From the NCBI GenBank assembly GCA_963736005.1, contig CAVTNB010000001.1, positions 416,001 to 480,000 on the forward strand: DNA of 64,000 nt. The letters run 5' to 3'. How positions within the stretch are numbered: position 1 is the stretch's first letter; every line of letters begins with the position of its first letter. The notes beneath the pieces were generated by a model. The model did not search any database. It was not told the DNA's origin and saw only the letters and a list, made by a program, of their open reading frames with translations. The position numbers and the translations under genes were made by a program. Below, one piece after another: positions 38,819 to 50,297 of this stretch. The DNA comes from an uncultured Pseudomonadota bacterium (GTDB lineage Bacteria; Vulcanimicrobiota; Vulcanimicrobiia; Eremiobacterales; Eremiobacteraceae).

Positions 38819-40120
38819 GTGAGCGCGCATCAGCTCGTCGTGGACCGTTTGCATCTCCCCGCTCCTGCCGCCCGGCGCGCAACCCTTGTGCTGCCCGGAG
38901 ACAAATCGGTATCGCACCGCGCCTTCATGCTCGCTGCGATTGCCACCGGCAAGACCACGATCAGGGGCGCAAATGCCGGCGCGGACGTGCACGCGACCAT
39001 TGCCGCGTTGCGCCAAGTCGGCGTCAGGATCAACCGAACCCGCAATGGATTTGTGGTGCACGGCGACAGCACATTTCGCGCTCCTCACGACACGATCGAC
39101 TGCGGCAATTCCGGAACAACGATGCGATTGCTCGCGGGGCTACTCGCCGGCCGCGTTCACGCCGTGCTCGACGGCAATGCGAGTCTGCGCCGACGGCCGA
39201 TGCTCCGCGTGGCGCAGCCCCTCAACGAAATGGGCGCGGATATCCGCACCAGTTCGCACGGCCGGCCACCCTTGCGTCTTCGCGGGTGCGGGCAGCTGCA
39301 TGGCGCTCGCGTTCGGGTGGACGTTGCGTCTGCCCAGGTCAAATCGGCAATCTTGCTGGCCGCGGTGCACGCCTCCAGCCCAACGACCATTCGATTGAAG
39401 TTCGACTCACGCGATCACACAGAACGGATGCTTCGGGCATTTGGGGGCAAGATTGCCGTTCGCGGACGAACCATCCAGGTGCAGCCTTCGCCGCTTACGT
39501 CGCCGCGCAGCCTTGAGATCTTCGGCGATCTGTCCGCCGCGGTCTATTTCGCCTGTGCTGGCGCGCTCGTCCGAGGGTCCCACTTGCGCTTGCAAAAAGT
39601 AGGCGTAAATCCCACTCGCACCGCCATCCTCGATGTGCTCCGCGCTATGGGCGTGCATGTCGACATCATCCCCTCGCGCGGAAGCGCTGGCGAGCCCGCA
39701 GCCGATCTCGTGATTCACGGAGGCTATCCGCTGCGCTGCGTGCCAATCAAACAGAACATCGTGCCGGAAATCATCGATGAAATACCTGCATTGTGCGCGC
39801 TCGCTGCCACTGCGGTTGGGGTGTTACGCATTCGCGGTGCAATGGAGTTACGCCATAAGGAATCCGACCGAATCGCCACAATAGTCGCGCTACTGAAGCA
39901 ATTTGGTGTGCGCGCGGAGGCGAAACATGATGGCATCGAGCTGCGCGGCGGTCAAACCCTACGGGCGCCGACGACGATTGATACGCGCGGAGATCATCGC
40001 ATCGGAATGGCGGCGGCAATCTTAGCGGTTGCGACACGCGCACCACTCATCATCGAGCACAGCGCGTGTATTGCAACATCTTTTCCTGGATTTGCCCGCG
40101 CATGGCGGGCGGCATTCTAG
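38819..40120 (+). CDS. aroA: EPSP synthase
   Basis: PGDKSVSHRA, DCGNSGTT, ASAQVKSA, RDHTERML, ELRHKESDRI, DHRIGM. Confidence 0.95.
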   Translation: MSAHQLVVDRLHLPAPAARRATLVLPGDKSVSHRAFMLAAIATGKTTIRGANAGADVHATIAALRQVGVRINRTRNGFVVHGDSTFRAPHDTIDCGNSGTTMRLLAGLLAGRVHAVLDGNASLRRRPMLRVAQPLNEMGADIRTSSHGRPPLRLRGCGQLHGARVRVDVASAQVKSAILLAAVHASSPTTIRLKFDSRDHTERMLRAFGGKIAVRGRTIQVQPSPLTSPRSLEIFGDLSAAVYFACAGALVRGSHLRLQKVGVNPTRTAILDVLRAMGVHVDIIPSRGSAGEPAADLVIHGGYPLRCVPIKQNIVPEIIDEIPALCALAATAVGVLRIRGAMELRHKESDRIATIVALLKQFGVRAEAKHDGIELRGGQTLRAPTTIDTRGDHRIGMAAAILAVATRAPLIIEHSACIATSFPGFARAWRAAF

Positions 40121-40135
40121 TGTTTGAGCGTCGCG

Positions 40136-40492
40136 CTAGTCGTCAGCCATCGAACCTTGGAGCGTGGGTACGAACGTCCTCAGAAAAAGAAGGGTGGCAA
40201 ACGCAACTCGGTCCACACTCAAACCAAGAAGCGCCGCGCTCGCGGCGATGTCGGCAATCCGCAGTCCGATGCGAGCGACGCGTTCTTGCGAGTCGCTCAG
40301 TTTTTGAGCGACGCCTTGGAATTGTTCTCCGCTTTGCGCTTTGCGCAAGGCAATCAAGGTTAGATGCGAACCTAAGGCACGTGCCCGCCTGGCAAGTGCT
40401 GATGCCCGCAGCCCAAACACAACGATCGCAGTCAGCGTGCCGAGGAACGCTGCGGCGCACACCGACAATCCGGCGATGCTGGCCGGACTCAC
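40136..40492 (-). CDS. Hypothetical membrane-anchored protein
   Basis: 118 aa, N-terminal TM, GTGA overlap with upstream gene. Confidence 0.55.
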   Translation of the reverse strand: MSPASIAGLSVCAAAFLGTLTAIVVFGLRASALARRARALGSHLTLIALRKAQSGEQFQGVAQKLSDSQERVARIGLRIADIAASAALLGLSVDRVAFATLLFLRTFVPTLQGSMADD

Positions 40493-40824
40493 GATGACTT
40501 CTTCGAATCAGAGGGCTTTGGATCGCTGCTCTTCGGTTTCGCTTCGCTTGCCGGCTTGCTCTCGCTCGACTTGCCCTCAGCCGGCTTGCCGTCCGTCTTT
40601 TGGGGCTCCGGTTTGGACTGGTCGGCCGGATCCTTGCGAACCCCGGACGTTGAGTAGTCGGTCTTGTGGAACCCTGAACCCTTAAAAACCACCCCAACAG
40701 GGTGAAAGACCCGCACGAGCTGCCCACCGCAGGCCGAGCATTTGGTTGGCCGCGCGTCGTTAAATCCGTGCTCGATTTCGTGCGTGCGCCCGCACGCTTT
40801 GCAGCGATATTCGTAGACAGGCAT
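40489..40824 (-). CDS. FmdB-family zinc-ribbon protein
   Basis: MPVYEYRCKAC...CSACGG...VVFKGSGFHKTDY plus low-complexity tail. Confidence 0.9.
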   Translation of the reverse strand: MPVYEYRCKACGRTHEIEHGFNDARPTKCSACGGQLVRVFHPVGVVFKGSGFHKTDYSTSGVRKDPADQSKPEPQKTDGKPAEGKSSESKPASEAKPKSSDPKPSDSKKSS

Positions 40825-40851
40825 TGGGATTGCTCATTTCGCCGAGCCGCT

Positions 40852-41391
40852 CTACCCTACCCGCACGCTTGGCGCAGCCACGACCGCCTTGACTTCTCCT
40901 ATGGCGCTGTCAAGGCGCCCATAGTCTTCGGCGGCAGCGGTTTCGCCGGCCCGTTCTTCGAGGATATTCTTTAGGTGCACGAGCGAGTCACGGAGTGCTT
41001 TGCGCAAACGCCCCCGCCCGACGATTGCGTGATACACGGCTGGCAGGCTGCCCCCATACACAGGGTAGCCTATCGAACAGGCGAGTCGCGTCATTTGTCC
41101 ACGCCGCTCGAATCGGAAATCGATTCGACGCGCAGTGGAAAAAAACGACTCAAATGAAAGGAACGCGTTTCGTATGAAGCGCGTCACTTCGAAGCTTTCC
41201 TGCCAACGCCGCCGGCCGGCGTGCATGCACACGTGCACCTCGACGCCCTGCGCCAGAGGTTTGTCCTCTGGCGCCGCGGCTGAGACGACGCAGGTGAACC
41301 ACGTCGGCCAACGAGCGAGGTCCGACACGTAGTCGAAGACGGACTCTGCAGGAGCGCGCACGTCCGCGTGCTCGCTCGCCAGGCATTTCAT
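40852..41391 (-). CDS. SRPBCC-family protein
   Basis: VRAPAESVFDYVSDLARWPTW...LVHLKNILE. Confidence 0.8.
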   Translation of the reverse strand: MKCLASEHADVRAPAESVFDYVSDLARWPTWFTCVVSAAAPEDKPLAQGVEVHVCMHAGRRRWQESFEVTRFIRNAFLSFESFFSTARRIDFRFERRGQMTRLACSIGYPVYGGSLPAVYHAIVGRGRLRKALRDSLVHLKNILEERAGETAAAEDYGRLDSAIGEVKAVVAAPSVRVG

Positions 41392-41406
41392 CGCCCGCGA
41401 GTACCC

Positions 41407-42471
41407 CTACCGATGATAGCGCAAGAACGCGGGCACTTCGATCTCGTCCATGCTGACCGGAGCGACCTTCTCGATTTCACCAACGCCGATGACCCTTTGG
41501 CGATCGCGCGCCCGAGAGCCAAAGCCGGTGGCGAGCACGGTGACCCGCACCTCATTTTGCAACCGGTCGTCGATCGTGGCGCCGAAGATAACCTCGGCGT
41601 CGGGATCGACAGCTTTGCTGATGAGCTCGGCAGCTTCGTTCGACCTCGAACATCGAGAGATCGGGTCCGCCGTAGATGTTGAAGATAACACCGCGTGCGC
41701 CGTCGATCGTGGCCTCGAGCAACGGGCTTGAGATGGCTTTGTGCGCCGCGTCGGCAGCCCGATGCTCGCCCGTGCCGGTCCCAATCCCCATGAGCGCAGA
41801 GCCAGCGTCGGTCATGACGCGCCGCACATCGGCGAAATCAAGATTGATGAGGCCTGGTTGCGTGATCAGATCGGTGATGCCCTGAATGCCTTGGCGCAGC
41901 ACGTCATCGGCGTACGAGAACGCTTCGAGCAAGGGCGTGCGCTTTTCGATAACCGTCAAGAGCCGGTCGTTCGGTATGACGATCAGCGTGTCGACCTTCT
42001 GCTCGAGTTCGGCGATGCCGCGATCGGCGATCTGCGCTCGTCTGCGCAATTCGAACCCGAAGGGCTTGGTCACCACACCCACCGTCAAGGCGCCGGCGGC
42101 GCGAGCCAGTTCGGCGAGAATCGGCGAGGCACCCGTGCCCGTGCCGCCGCCCATGCCCGCAGTGATGAACACGAGGTCGGTACCTTCGACGAGCATCGCC
42201 AAGATCGTCGCTAGATTCTTCTGCGGCTTGGCGGCCGATCTCCGGATCGGCTCCCGCGCCGAGCCCTCGCGTAAGATTTTGGCCGATCTGCAGCGTGTTC
42301 TCCGTGCGTGAAGATCTTCAGCGCCTGAACGTCCGTATTGACGGCGAAGAAATCCGCGCCTTTGATTCCGGCATCGACCATGCGGTTAATTGCGTTACAA
42401 CCTCCGCCACCAATGCCGATGACTTTGATGGTTGCCATGTGCTCGGGAACGTAACGGCGCTCTGCGGTCAT
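41407..42471 (-). CDS. ftsZ: Cell division protein FtsZ (three apparent +1 indels)
   Basis: [30 protein letters not shown]-terminal EVPAFLR; split across frames near 42315, 42200, 41640. Confidence 0.93.
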
Positions 42472-42526
42472 TGCTTCTCCCTTCTCTGGATGAATTGAAC
42501 GAGGTGTAGAAATGTTCTCGGGGTTG

Positions 42527-43799
42527 TCATTTTTTGTGTCGCCAGGCTTTGGGCGCTTGCGCTGGGTTGTCATCCCACACTTCCGAAAACCACGAACTGA
42601 CTTTGTGCCACATGCCTTTGCCGTTCGTGCGCACGGGTTCGCCGCGATTTCAGACTTCTCGCCAAAAAGAACAAGCCCAACAAGCGCTGCGTAGGCTGGG
42701 TGCTTGATGGCTTCAGTGAGACCACCAACGTGCATCGGCATGCCGATGCGCGCCGGCAGATCGAAGAGATCGGCAGCAAGCGAGTCCACGCCCGTCAGCT
42801 GTGCGCCTCCGCCCGTGAGGACGAGTTCGGCGAGCATGACTTCGGGCGGGCAGTTCTCGGCAAGGTTCGAACGCACGATCTTGAAGATCTCCGACATCCG
42901 CGCAACGATAATCTGGCGCAAGAAATGCTTGGCGGCGGGCCGCAGTCGTGCGCCCGGACAATGCCTTCACTTCGAACGTTTCTTCACCAAGGTCGAGCCG
43001 CAAGGTCGGCGGTGCCATACGCGACTTTGATGTTCTCTGCCTCGCCAAAGCTCGTCTTGAGACCTAACGCGATGTCGTTGGTCACGATGTCGCCGCCGAC
43101 GGGCACAGTCCAGGTATGGTAAACGCCGCCACCCCAATACACCGCTACATCTGTTGTGCCGCCGCCAATGTCCAAAAGCACGACTCCTGCGTTTCGTTCG
43201 TCCGGCAACAAGACGGCAATGCCGACTGCGAGGGGCTCGAAGATGACGCCTGCGGGTTCGATTCCAGCGCGGTGCACGCACTTGAGGACGTTCGCGATGA
43301 ATGACGAGCCAGCGGTGACGATGTGCGTGTCGACCTCGAGGCGCATCGCGGACATGCCGACGGGGTCCGTGATCCCGTTCTGACCGTCAACCGTGTACTC
43401 GCGCGGCAGCGTGTGGATGAGCTGGCGTTCGGCCGGCAGCGTAATGATCGTACTTGCGTCAACGACGCGTTTGACGTCGAGCGGCGCCGACTTCGTGGTC
43501 CTCGCCACTGACAGCGACGATCCCATGCGAATTCAGGGAGCTTGCACATGTTCGCCCGTCACGCCCACGAAGGCGCTTGACACATGCAAGCCAGCCATGC
43601 GTTCCGCGCTCTCCATGGCAGCTTCGATTGATTTGACCGTCTCTTCTAAATCGGTGACGACGCCTTTGCGCAGCCCCGAGGAAGGGGCGACGCCAAAACC
43701 GATGAGGTCGATTGGCCCGCCTGGGTTGACGCTTGCGATCACCGCCGCCGTTTTCGTCGTACCGATGTCGAGCCCGCAAACTACGTCGCTACGTGCCAA
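42527..43799 (-). CDS. ftsA: Cell division protein FtsA (several apparent indels; 3' end approximate)
   Basis: [37 protein letters not shown] spread over frames. Confidence 0.9.
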
Positions 43800-43906
43800 C
43801 GCCTACCTCTCTTTAATTAATGGCGACCGATGGTGAAGCGAATCAGCCGGGCGAACGTTGTGCCATTCCAACTGCGCGCGAACATACCTTTTGCAACCAC
43901 GACGCT

Positions 43907-44698
43907 TCATCTGTAGAGCACGGTCGGTGCGCGCACGCTGCGAACGTCCACGTACGCGATCCGTTCGGGTGTGGATATCTTGGCGACGATTGCTTCAAAG
44001 AGCTGCGCTTTTTTCGCCAACTCCTCGTCGTCACCAAACAACACGCGCAAATTCCGGTTGGCGGTGACGCTGATGCCTGTGGAAGGGGCAATGCCGACCG
44101 CCGAGATTGGAAGTCCCAGTGTGCGCAACTCGCGTAACGCCCGCAGCGCCTGCGTTACGTCCGAGTTCGCAAGGGTATCGCCGGCGCTCACGGGGCCGAC
44201 TGGCGGGGGCAGGACCACAATGCGAGGGAGCTCGGCATGTTCGTCTCGCGCGGTTGTCACTGCGAGTACCCGCTGTGTCTCGTCGATGATAGCGGCTGCC
44301 CTTCGCGGAGGCTGCGTCGTATCTTGCGAGAGGTCCACCGTCGCCATTGGGGTTCGCTCGATAACGTCAATGGTAACCTCGTTTGGCCACGTGACATGCA
44401 GCGATGCGCGTCCAACCCACGGCAGCCGCTCGATGCGCCACTCGGCCGCACGACGGTTGATGAGCCACGCATTTTGGTCAGGTGCCAGCGCCAGCGCGCC
44501 GAGAACTTCGCCTTCGCTTTCGTGAGCAAGTCCTGTAACCGTCCCAATATTGGCGGCGAAGTGGGGATCTCGCGCTTGCGCGTAGAGTTCGTAGCCAATG
44601 GCGCCGAGTGCGATCAGCAACCAAGCCAAGAACACAAGACGCTGGTTCGTGGCCGCCTGTTTGACGACGTGGCGTCGAACGGGCTCAGGCCGGCTCAT
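43907..44698 (-). CDS. ftsQ: Cell division protein FtsQ/DivIB
   Basis: Single TM, POTRA (LPWV...WPNEVTIDVIERTP), YVDVR; upstream of ftsA. Confidence 0.85.
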   Translation of the reverse strand: MSRPEPVRRHVVKQAATNQRLVFLAWLLIALGAIGYELYAQARDPHFAANIGTVTGLAHESEGEVLGALALAPDQNAWLINRRAAEWRIERLPWVGRASLHVTWPNEVTIDVIERTPMATVDLSQDTTQPPRRAAAIIDETQRVLAVTTARDEHAELPRIVVLPPPVGPVSAGDTLANSDVTQALRALRELRTLGLPISAVGIAPSTGISVTANRNLRVLFGDDEELAKKAQLFEAIVAKISTPERIAYVDVRSVRAPTVLYR

Positions 44699-45518
44699 GG
44701 GCCACTCCTTGTTCCAGCTTGCGCAACGCGTCGGCGACGCCACTGCCAAGGGGCGATACGAGGGTGCTCGCGGCACGTTTGGCAGCTTCAGTCGCATTGG
44801 CGACGGCAAAGGATGTTTGGGCGGCCTCAAACATTGAAACGTCGTTGTCGGAGTCCCCAATCGCCGCCGTCGCACTCATGTCGATGTCCAGGAGGGTGGC
44901 GATCCGCTTCAACGCCTCGCCTTTGGTTGCGTGGGGATCTGTTATTTCAAGGAAGACAGGCATGCTTCGGAAGACGTTCGCGCAGCCAGCGTAAGCTTCC
45001 GAAAGCACTGGTATCGTTTTCCTGACGTGCTCTTCGCTTGCGATGCCGAGCACTTTGATCGGTCCAGGCTCTGCCGGCGCACTCCCGGTCAAGAGCGCTC
45101 GCAGATCTGGCACCATCACGGGTTCGACTCTCGAAATGCGCAGATAGTAGCGGGCCGCTTCGTTGAGTGTGTCAAGATACAAGCTATCTCCGTAGTAGAG
45201 CTGGAGGTGAAAGCCGCGGCGGCGCAGGTCGTCGTACGCTTGCAGCGCCGTCGGAACAGCGAGCGGTGTGCAAAACAGGCGCTGTTCGGTGCGCAGGTCG
45301 TACGCGGCAGCGCCCTGCAGCGCGATGATGGGGCCATGCAAATCGAGCTGCACGGCAAAAGGACGCGACGCAGCGTACAGCCGGCCGCTCGCGAGACAGA
45401 TCACGTTCCCCGCTGCTTGTGACGCGGCAATAGCTGCCTTGTCTTGTGCGCTGATTGTCAGCGTTTCGCCGATAAGCGTACCATCCAAGTCGATGGCGAT
45501 CAGCAGGCGGCCTCTCAC
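44685..45518 (-). CDS. Cof-type HAD-IIB hydrolase
   Basis: IDLDGTL, ASGR, KGEAL, GDSDNDVSM. Confidence 0.92.
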   Translation of the reverse strand: MRGRLLIAIDLDGTLIGETLTISAQDKAAIAASQAAGNVICLASGRLYAASRPFAVQLDLHGPIIALQGAAAYDLRTEQRLFCTPLAVPTALQAYDDLRRRGFHLQLYYGDSLYLDTLNEAARYYLRISRVEPVMVPDLRALLTGSAPAEPGPIKVLGIASEEHVRKTIPVLSEAYAGCANVFRSMPVFLEITDPHATKGEALKRIATLLDIDMSATAAIGDSDNDVSMFEAAQTSFAVANATEAAKRAASTLVSPLGSGVADALRKLEQGVAHEPA

Positions 45519-48500
45519 CGGTCCCCCATCCAAACATTGTCCGCGCCGAAAACCGAGGCGAAGTCTTCGCGCAATGCTGGGGTCAATTGCACGGGCTGGC
45601 GCAGCGGACGCGAATCGCCGTTGCTGTTCGCATGGAGGTACACGCGGTCGCAGCCGGTTTGGGCATTTTTGATCAGCTCGCGGAGTCGTTCGAGGCGTAC
45701 GCCATCCTCGGCATCGCCATGGAGTCGAATGTGTACCGCAAGCGCCGATTCATCGCGCGCCTCCTGCGGCAGGCGAGAACCGCCTGAAATAACTGGTGCC
45801 AGACCCAGCGGCGATGCCTCGATCGCCTGGAGGCTCACTTCCGGGCGCTCTTGTTTTTCTTCGTCCGCGGATTGCGGCTCGATGTAGCCGGGTGGCTTGC
45901 CGATCGCCCGGCGCTCCTTGACCTTGCCTTTGACGACCACAATGGCTTCGTCAAGCAACAGCGGTGACAGCTCCGGGTACCACTTGGGAAACACGACGAC
46001 TTCGATGGCTCCCGTGAGATCTTCGAGCTTTGCGACAAGCATCTGCCCGCCGGCCTTGGTCACAACCCGCCGACTCGCCGTCACGACGCCGCCAACCGAG
46101 ACTGTCTCGTCTTCAGGCAGCTCGCGCAGTCTCGCAATCGTGTGGCTCGTGCGTCGCGCGAGGTCTACCGTCTTGTCAGCCAGCGGGTGCCCGGAGATGT
46201 AAACGCCGATGGCTTCTTTTTCTTGCGCGAGCCGAAGTGCCGAACTTGGCGGCTCGCGCTGCGGCAAGACTGGTGCGGGAAGTCCACCGGACTCATCAGA
46301 GCCAAAAAGCGAGGCCTGCCCCATGGCGCGCTGCGTGGCCCCGTGTTGGCCGTACTCGAGCGCGGCGTCCAGCCCCGCGAGCTTTTCGCTGCGGTTGCCC
46401 GGAAGGCTGTCGAGCGCGCCAGCTTTGATCAGCGACTCTAGGACTCGCCGGTTAACGATGCGGCAATCCAGACGCGCGCAAATATCGGCCAGTGAGGCAA
46501 AACCGCTGCCGCGTTTCTCGATGAGTTCTCGCACCGCGCCCTCGCCAACATTTTTTACTGCGGTCAGGCCAAAACGAATCGCGTTGCCGACGACCGTAAA
46601 GTTCGGACCGCTCTCGTTCACATCCGGCGCAAGGATCAACAACTTGCGCTGCGCGCAATCGGCGAGATACTCAACGAGCTTGTCGGTATTCTGTTTGACC
46701 GACGTGAGCAGCGCCGCCATAAAAGCAAGTGGGTGATTCGCCTTGAGCCAGGCAGTGCGATACGCGAGCAAGCCATAACAGACGGAGTGCGCCTTGTTGA
46801 ACCCGTATCCGGCAAACGGTTCGACGAATTGCCATATCTTCGTTGCGAGCGCTTCGTCGATGCCGTTGCGCACGCAGCCATCGATGAATTTTTTTCGTTC
46901 GGATGGTATTTTTTCTTTAATTTTCTTTCCGATGACTTTGCGCATCGCGTCGGCCTGCCCAAATGTGTAACCGGCAAGGTCGCGGCACATCTGCGTGATT
47001 TGTTCTTGGTAGACGGCGATACCGTAGGTCTCCTGGAGAATGGGCTCGAGTTTGGGATGCAGATACGTTATGGCGCGCCGGCCATGTTTGCCCGCAATGA
47101 AATTGCCAATCCAATCCATGGGACCGGGCCGATAGAGCGCAACCATGGCGATGACGTCCTCAATGCGCGTGGGTCGCAGCTCGGCGATGTAGCGGCGCAT
47201 GCCGGCGCTTTCCAGCTGGAAGACGCCCGTGGTCTGGCCGGCCGATAACATTGCGAATGTTTTTGCATCGTCGAGTGGGATGCCATCCAGGCTAAACGCC
47301 GGTTCTGCCGTCCGGCAGATTTCTTCGGCGGCTGCGGCCAGCACCGTGAGCGTACGAAGGCCAAGGAAATCCATCTTGAGCAAGCCGACGCGCTCGACCC
47401 ACTCCATCGAATACTGAGTGTTGACGTCGTTGTCGCCCAGCCGAACGAGCGGTGCATAGTCTGTGATTGGTCCAGGCGCGATCACGACGCCAGCGGCATG
47501 CGTGGAAGCATGGCGCGCCAAACCTTCGACCCGCTTGGCCGTGTCAAGGAGCTTGCGGGCTTGCCCGTCGCGCTGATAGATCGATGCGAGCTCAGGCACC
47601 GCGTCGATCGCTTGCTGAATGGACATCGGATTCGTTGGGGTGTTCGGAATCAACTTGGCGATCTTGTCGACGTCTCCGAGCGGCACGCCCATGACTCGGC
47701 CAACATCGCGGACGGCTGCGCGCGCCGCCATCGTTCCAAAAGTGACGATTTGCGCGACCCGATCAGCACCGTACTTCTTCGTTACATATTCGATGACTTC
47801 GTCGCGCCGCTCGAAGCAAAAATCCGTGTCGATATCGGGCATCGAAATGCGCTCTGGGTTGAGGAAGCGCTCGAAAAACAGATTGTAGCGCAGCGGATCC
47901 ACGTCGGAGATGTGCAGTGCGTATGCAACGATGCTTCCTGCCGCTGAACCACGCCCTGGGCCAACCGGTATGCGCTGCTCGCGGGCGTATCGAATGAAAT
48001 CCCACACGATCAGGAAGTAGGAGGCGTATCCCATGCGTCCGATGGTGTCGAGCTCGTACGCCAGGCGGCTGCGCTGCTCGGCGGTCGGCTCGCCATATCG
48101 CTCGCGCAGCCCTTCTTCGCATAACGATTGCAAATAGGCTTGGTCGCTTTGATGGCCTAGCGGCACGGGAAAAGCTGGGATGGCAAACGAGGTCGCCTCG
48201 AGGTTCGAGATCGACGATCTGCGCGATATCTAATGTAGCCTCGCAGGCATCCGGCACCTCTGCAAACAGCTCGCGCATTTCCTCCGCGGACTTGAAATAG
48301 AATTGATCGTTTTCAAAGCGCAACCGATCCGTATCCGAAACCATTTTGCCGGTCCCGATGCACAGGAGCACATCGTGCGCCGACGCGTCATCGCGGCGCA
48401 AGTAATGGAAGTCGTTGGTTGCGACCGCGCGTAACCCGAGCTCCCGCGCGAGGCCGAAGAGAGCCGGGCGGATGCGGTCCTCCAGCGGGTGATGATGGTG

Positions 48501-49019
48501 GTGAACTTCGATGAAATAGCGATCCCCGAATACCGCCTGAAAGTCCCTCGCGGTCTTGGTCGCGCGGTCCACCTCGCCTTTCACGAGGGCTTGGGCAATC
48601 GACCCACCGAGACAGCCCGACAGAACGATGAGCCCCTCGGCATGTTCGGCGAGCAACTCAAGATCGACGCGCGGCTTGTAATAATAGCCGTCAATGAAGC
48701 CGATCGAAACAAGTTTCAGAAGATTGCGATAGCCCGCTTTGTTCGCTGCCAAAACCGTCAGGTGATGTTCGTCGCGGGCGCTGCGATCGCGATGGCCCCG
48801 GGGCGCCACATACATCTCGCACCCGATGATAGGCTTGATCCCCTTGGCTTTTGCTTCGAAGTAGAACTCAAGAGCCCCATACAAGACGCCGTGATCGGTG
48901 AGCGCAATTGCCGGCATGCCAAACTCGGCTGCGCTGGCAACCATTTCTTTCGTGCGACACGCGCCGTCAAGCAGCGAGTATTCGCTGTGGGTGTGAAGGT
49001 GAACGAAGCTGCGCGCCAT
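45515..49019 (-). CDS. dnaE: DNA polymerase III alpha subunit (one apparent +1 indel near 48205)
   Basis: HLHTHSEYSLLDG PHP, GRGSAAGS, MPDIDTDF, KMDFLGL, YGFNKAHS, OB fold; two ORFs join by one frameshift. Confidence 0.95.
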
Positions 49020-49038
49020 TCCAATCCTATAGTGCGGG

Positions 49039-49052
49039 CAAACATATGTTTG
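49039..49052. promoter_or_regulatory. Perfect palindrome CAAACATATGTTTG upstream of dnaE, LexA-box-like
   Basis: Two substitutions from CGAAC-N4-GTTCG, 20 nt from the dnaE ATG. Confidence 0.4.
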
Positions 49053-49198
49053 TATGCCCGACCAGGATACTCTTCTTCCGCGGCCTGTGGATTGACTTGC
49101 GAACCGCCTGCGAACGACGGTGGGTAGTTACGAAAAAGTTGTGGATTACCGCGCGTCAAACTAGCGACGCTTACCAGGGCCCCGTGAGGTGAACCCCA

Positions 49199-50164
49199 GT
49201 GTCAAAGGAAGTCTTAAGCCTTGCGTCACGCATCGAAGCGGCCGCCCAGCGCATCCGTCCTCATGTGCTCGAAACACCCCTTGAGCACTCACAAGCTCTG
49301 AGCGAGCTCGCCGGGACGAACGTGTTCTGCAAGCTCGAGAATCTCCAACATACGGGTTCGTTCAAGACGCGCGGCGCGTTCAACAAGATTCTGTCTCTCC
49401 CCCATGCGGAGCGCGCCCGCGGCGTGGTCGCAGCCTCTACCGGCAACCACGGAGCGGCAGTGGCCTACGCTCTTGCCAAACTCGAGTTGCCTGGCACGAT
49501 CTTCGTGCCCGAAGGCGCCTCAAAGGTAAAAGTCGCGAACATCGCCCGGCTGGGAGGGTCAGTGCGCTACGCAGGCACGGAAAGTGCCGCAACGGAGCAC
49601 TTCGCTCGAAGTTTCGCGCAAGACAATGGACTAACGTATGTCTCGCCCTACAACGATTGGGACGTCGTCGCAGGACAAGGCACGATTGGGATGGAGCTCC
49701 TTGCGTCGTTACCCAAGATGGACGTGGTCGTCGCCTCGCTCGGCGGCGGGGGAATGATCGGCGGGATCGGGGGTTACATAAAAAGCGTCAATCCGGGGGC
49801 GCGCATTATTGCAGCTTCACCTCGCAACTCTAAAGCCATGATCGAATCGATACGCGCTGGAAAAATTGTGGAGGTCGAACATCACCCAACGCTCTCCGAC
49901 GCAACTGCGGGAGGTGTGGAACCAGGGGCGATTACCCTCGATCTTTGCCGCCAGGTGGTGGATGAGTGTGTCGAGGTCAGCGAGGACGAAATCCGCGCTG
50001 CGATGCGCCTTTTTATCGAAACCCACCATATGCTCTTGGAAGGCTCGGCGGCAGTCGCTATTGCGGCATTGTCGTATGCGAAGGGTCTCTCGCCAAATGC
50101 CCGAGTTGCGCTCATCATTTGTGGCGCGAATATCTCGGCGGATACCCTCAAAGCCGCGCTCTAG
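49199..50164 (+). CDS. PLP-dependent threonine/serine dehydratase family protein
   Basis: KLENLQHTGSFKTRGA, STGNHG, AGQGT, GGGGM, CGAN. Confidence 0.9.
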   Translation: MSKEVLSLASRIEAAAQRIRPHVLETPLEHSQALSELAGTNVFCKLENLQHTGSFKTRGAFNKILSLPHAERARGVVAASTGNHGAAVAYALAKLELPGTIFVPEGASKVKVANIARLGGSVRYAGTESAATEHFARSFAQDNGLTYVSPYNDWDVVAGQGTIGMELLASLPKMDVVVASLGGGGMIGGIGGYIKSVNPGARIIAASPRNSKAMIESIRAGKIVEVEHHPTLSDATAGGVEPGAITLDLCRQVVDECVEVSEDEIRAAMRLFIETHHMLLEGSAAVAIAALSYAKGLSPNARVALIICGANISADTLKAAL

Positions 50165-50297
50165 CACCTGGTTTGTCCCGGGTGCGCGTTTTCTCGCAGC
50201 GCGTAAAGTCGAAGCTTAGCGCCCCAGCGCAGGAAGCGCTAAAACGCCTTTGTAAGCGCCTAAAAACACTCCATTACCTAAGGAGACGTTTCAATCC

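Noticed and set aside
40495..40640. Repetitive K/P/S/E-rich stretch
   Set aside because: Low-complexity tail common in FmdB-family proteins, not a DNA repeat element
41407..43799. ftsZ/ftsA as true pseudogenes
   Set aside because: Motifs are fully conserved once indels are corrected and there is no substitution decay; more consistent with sequencing error
47763..48210. Split dnaE as programmed frameshift or split intein
   Set aside because: A single extra base restores a continuous DnaE; no intein motifs or slippery run; similar indels occur in neighbouring essential genes
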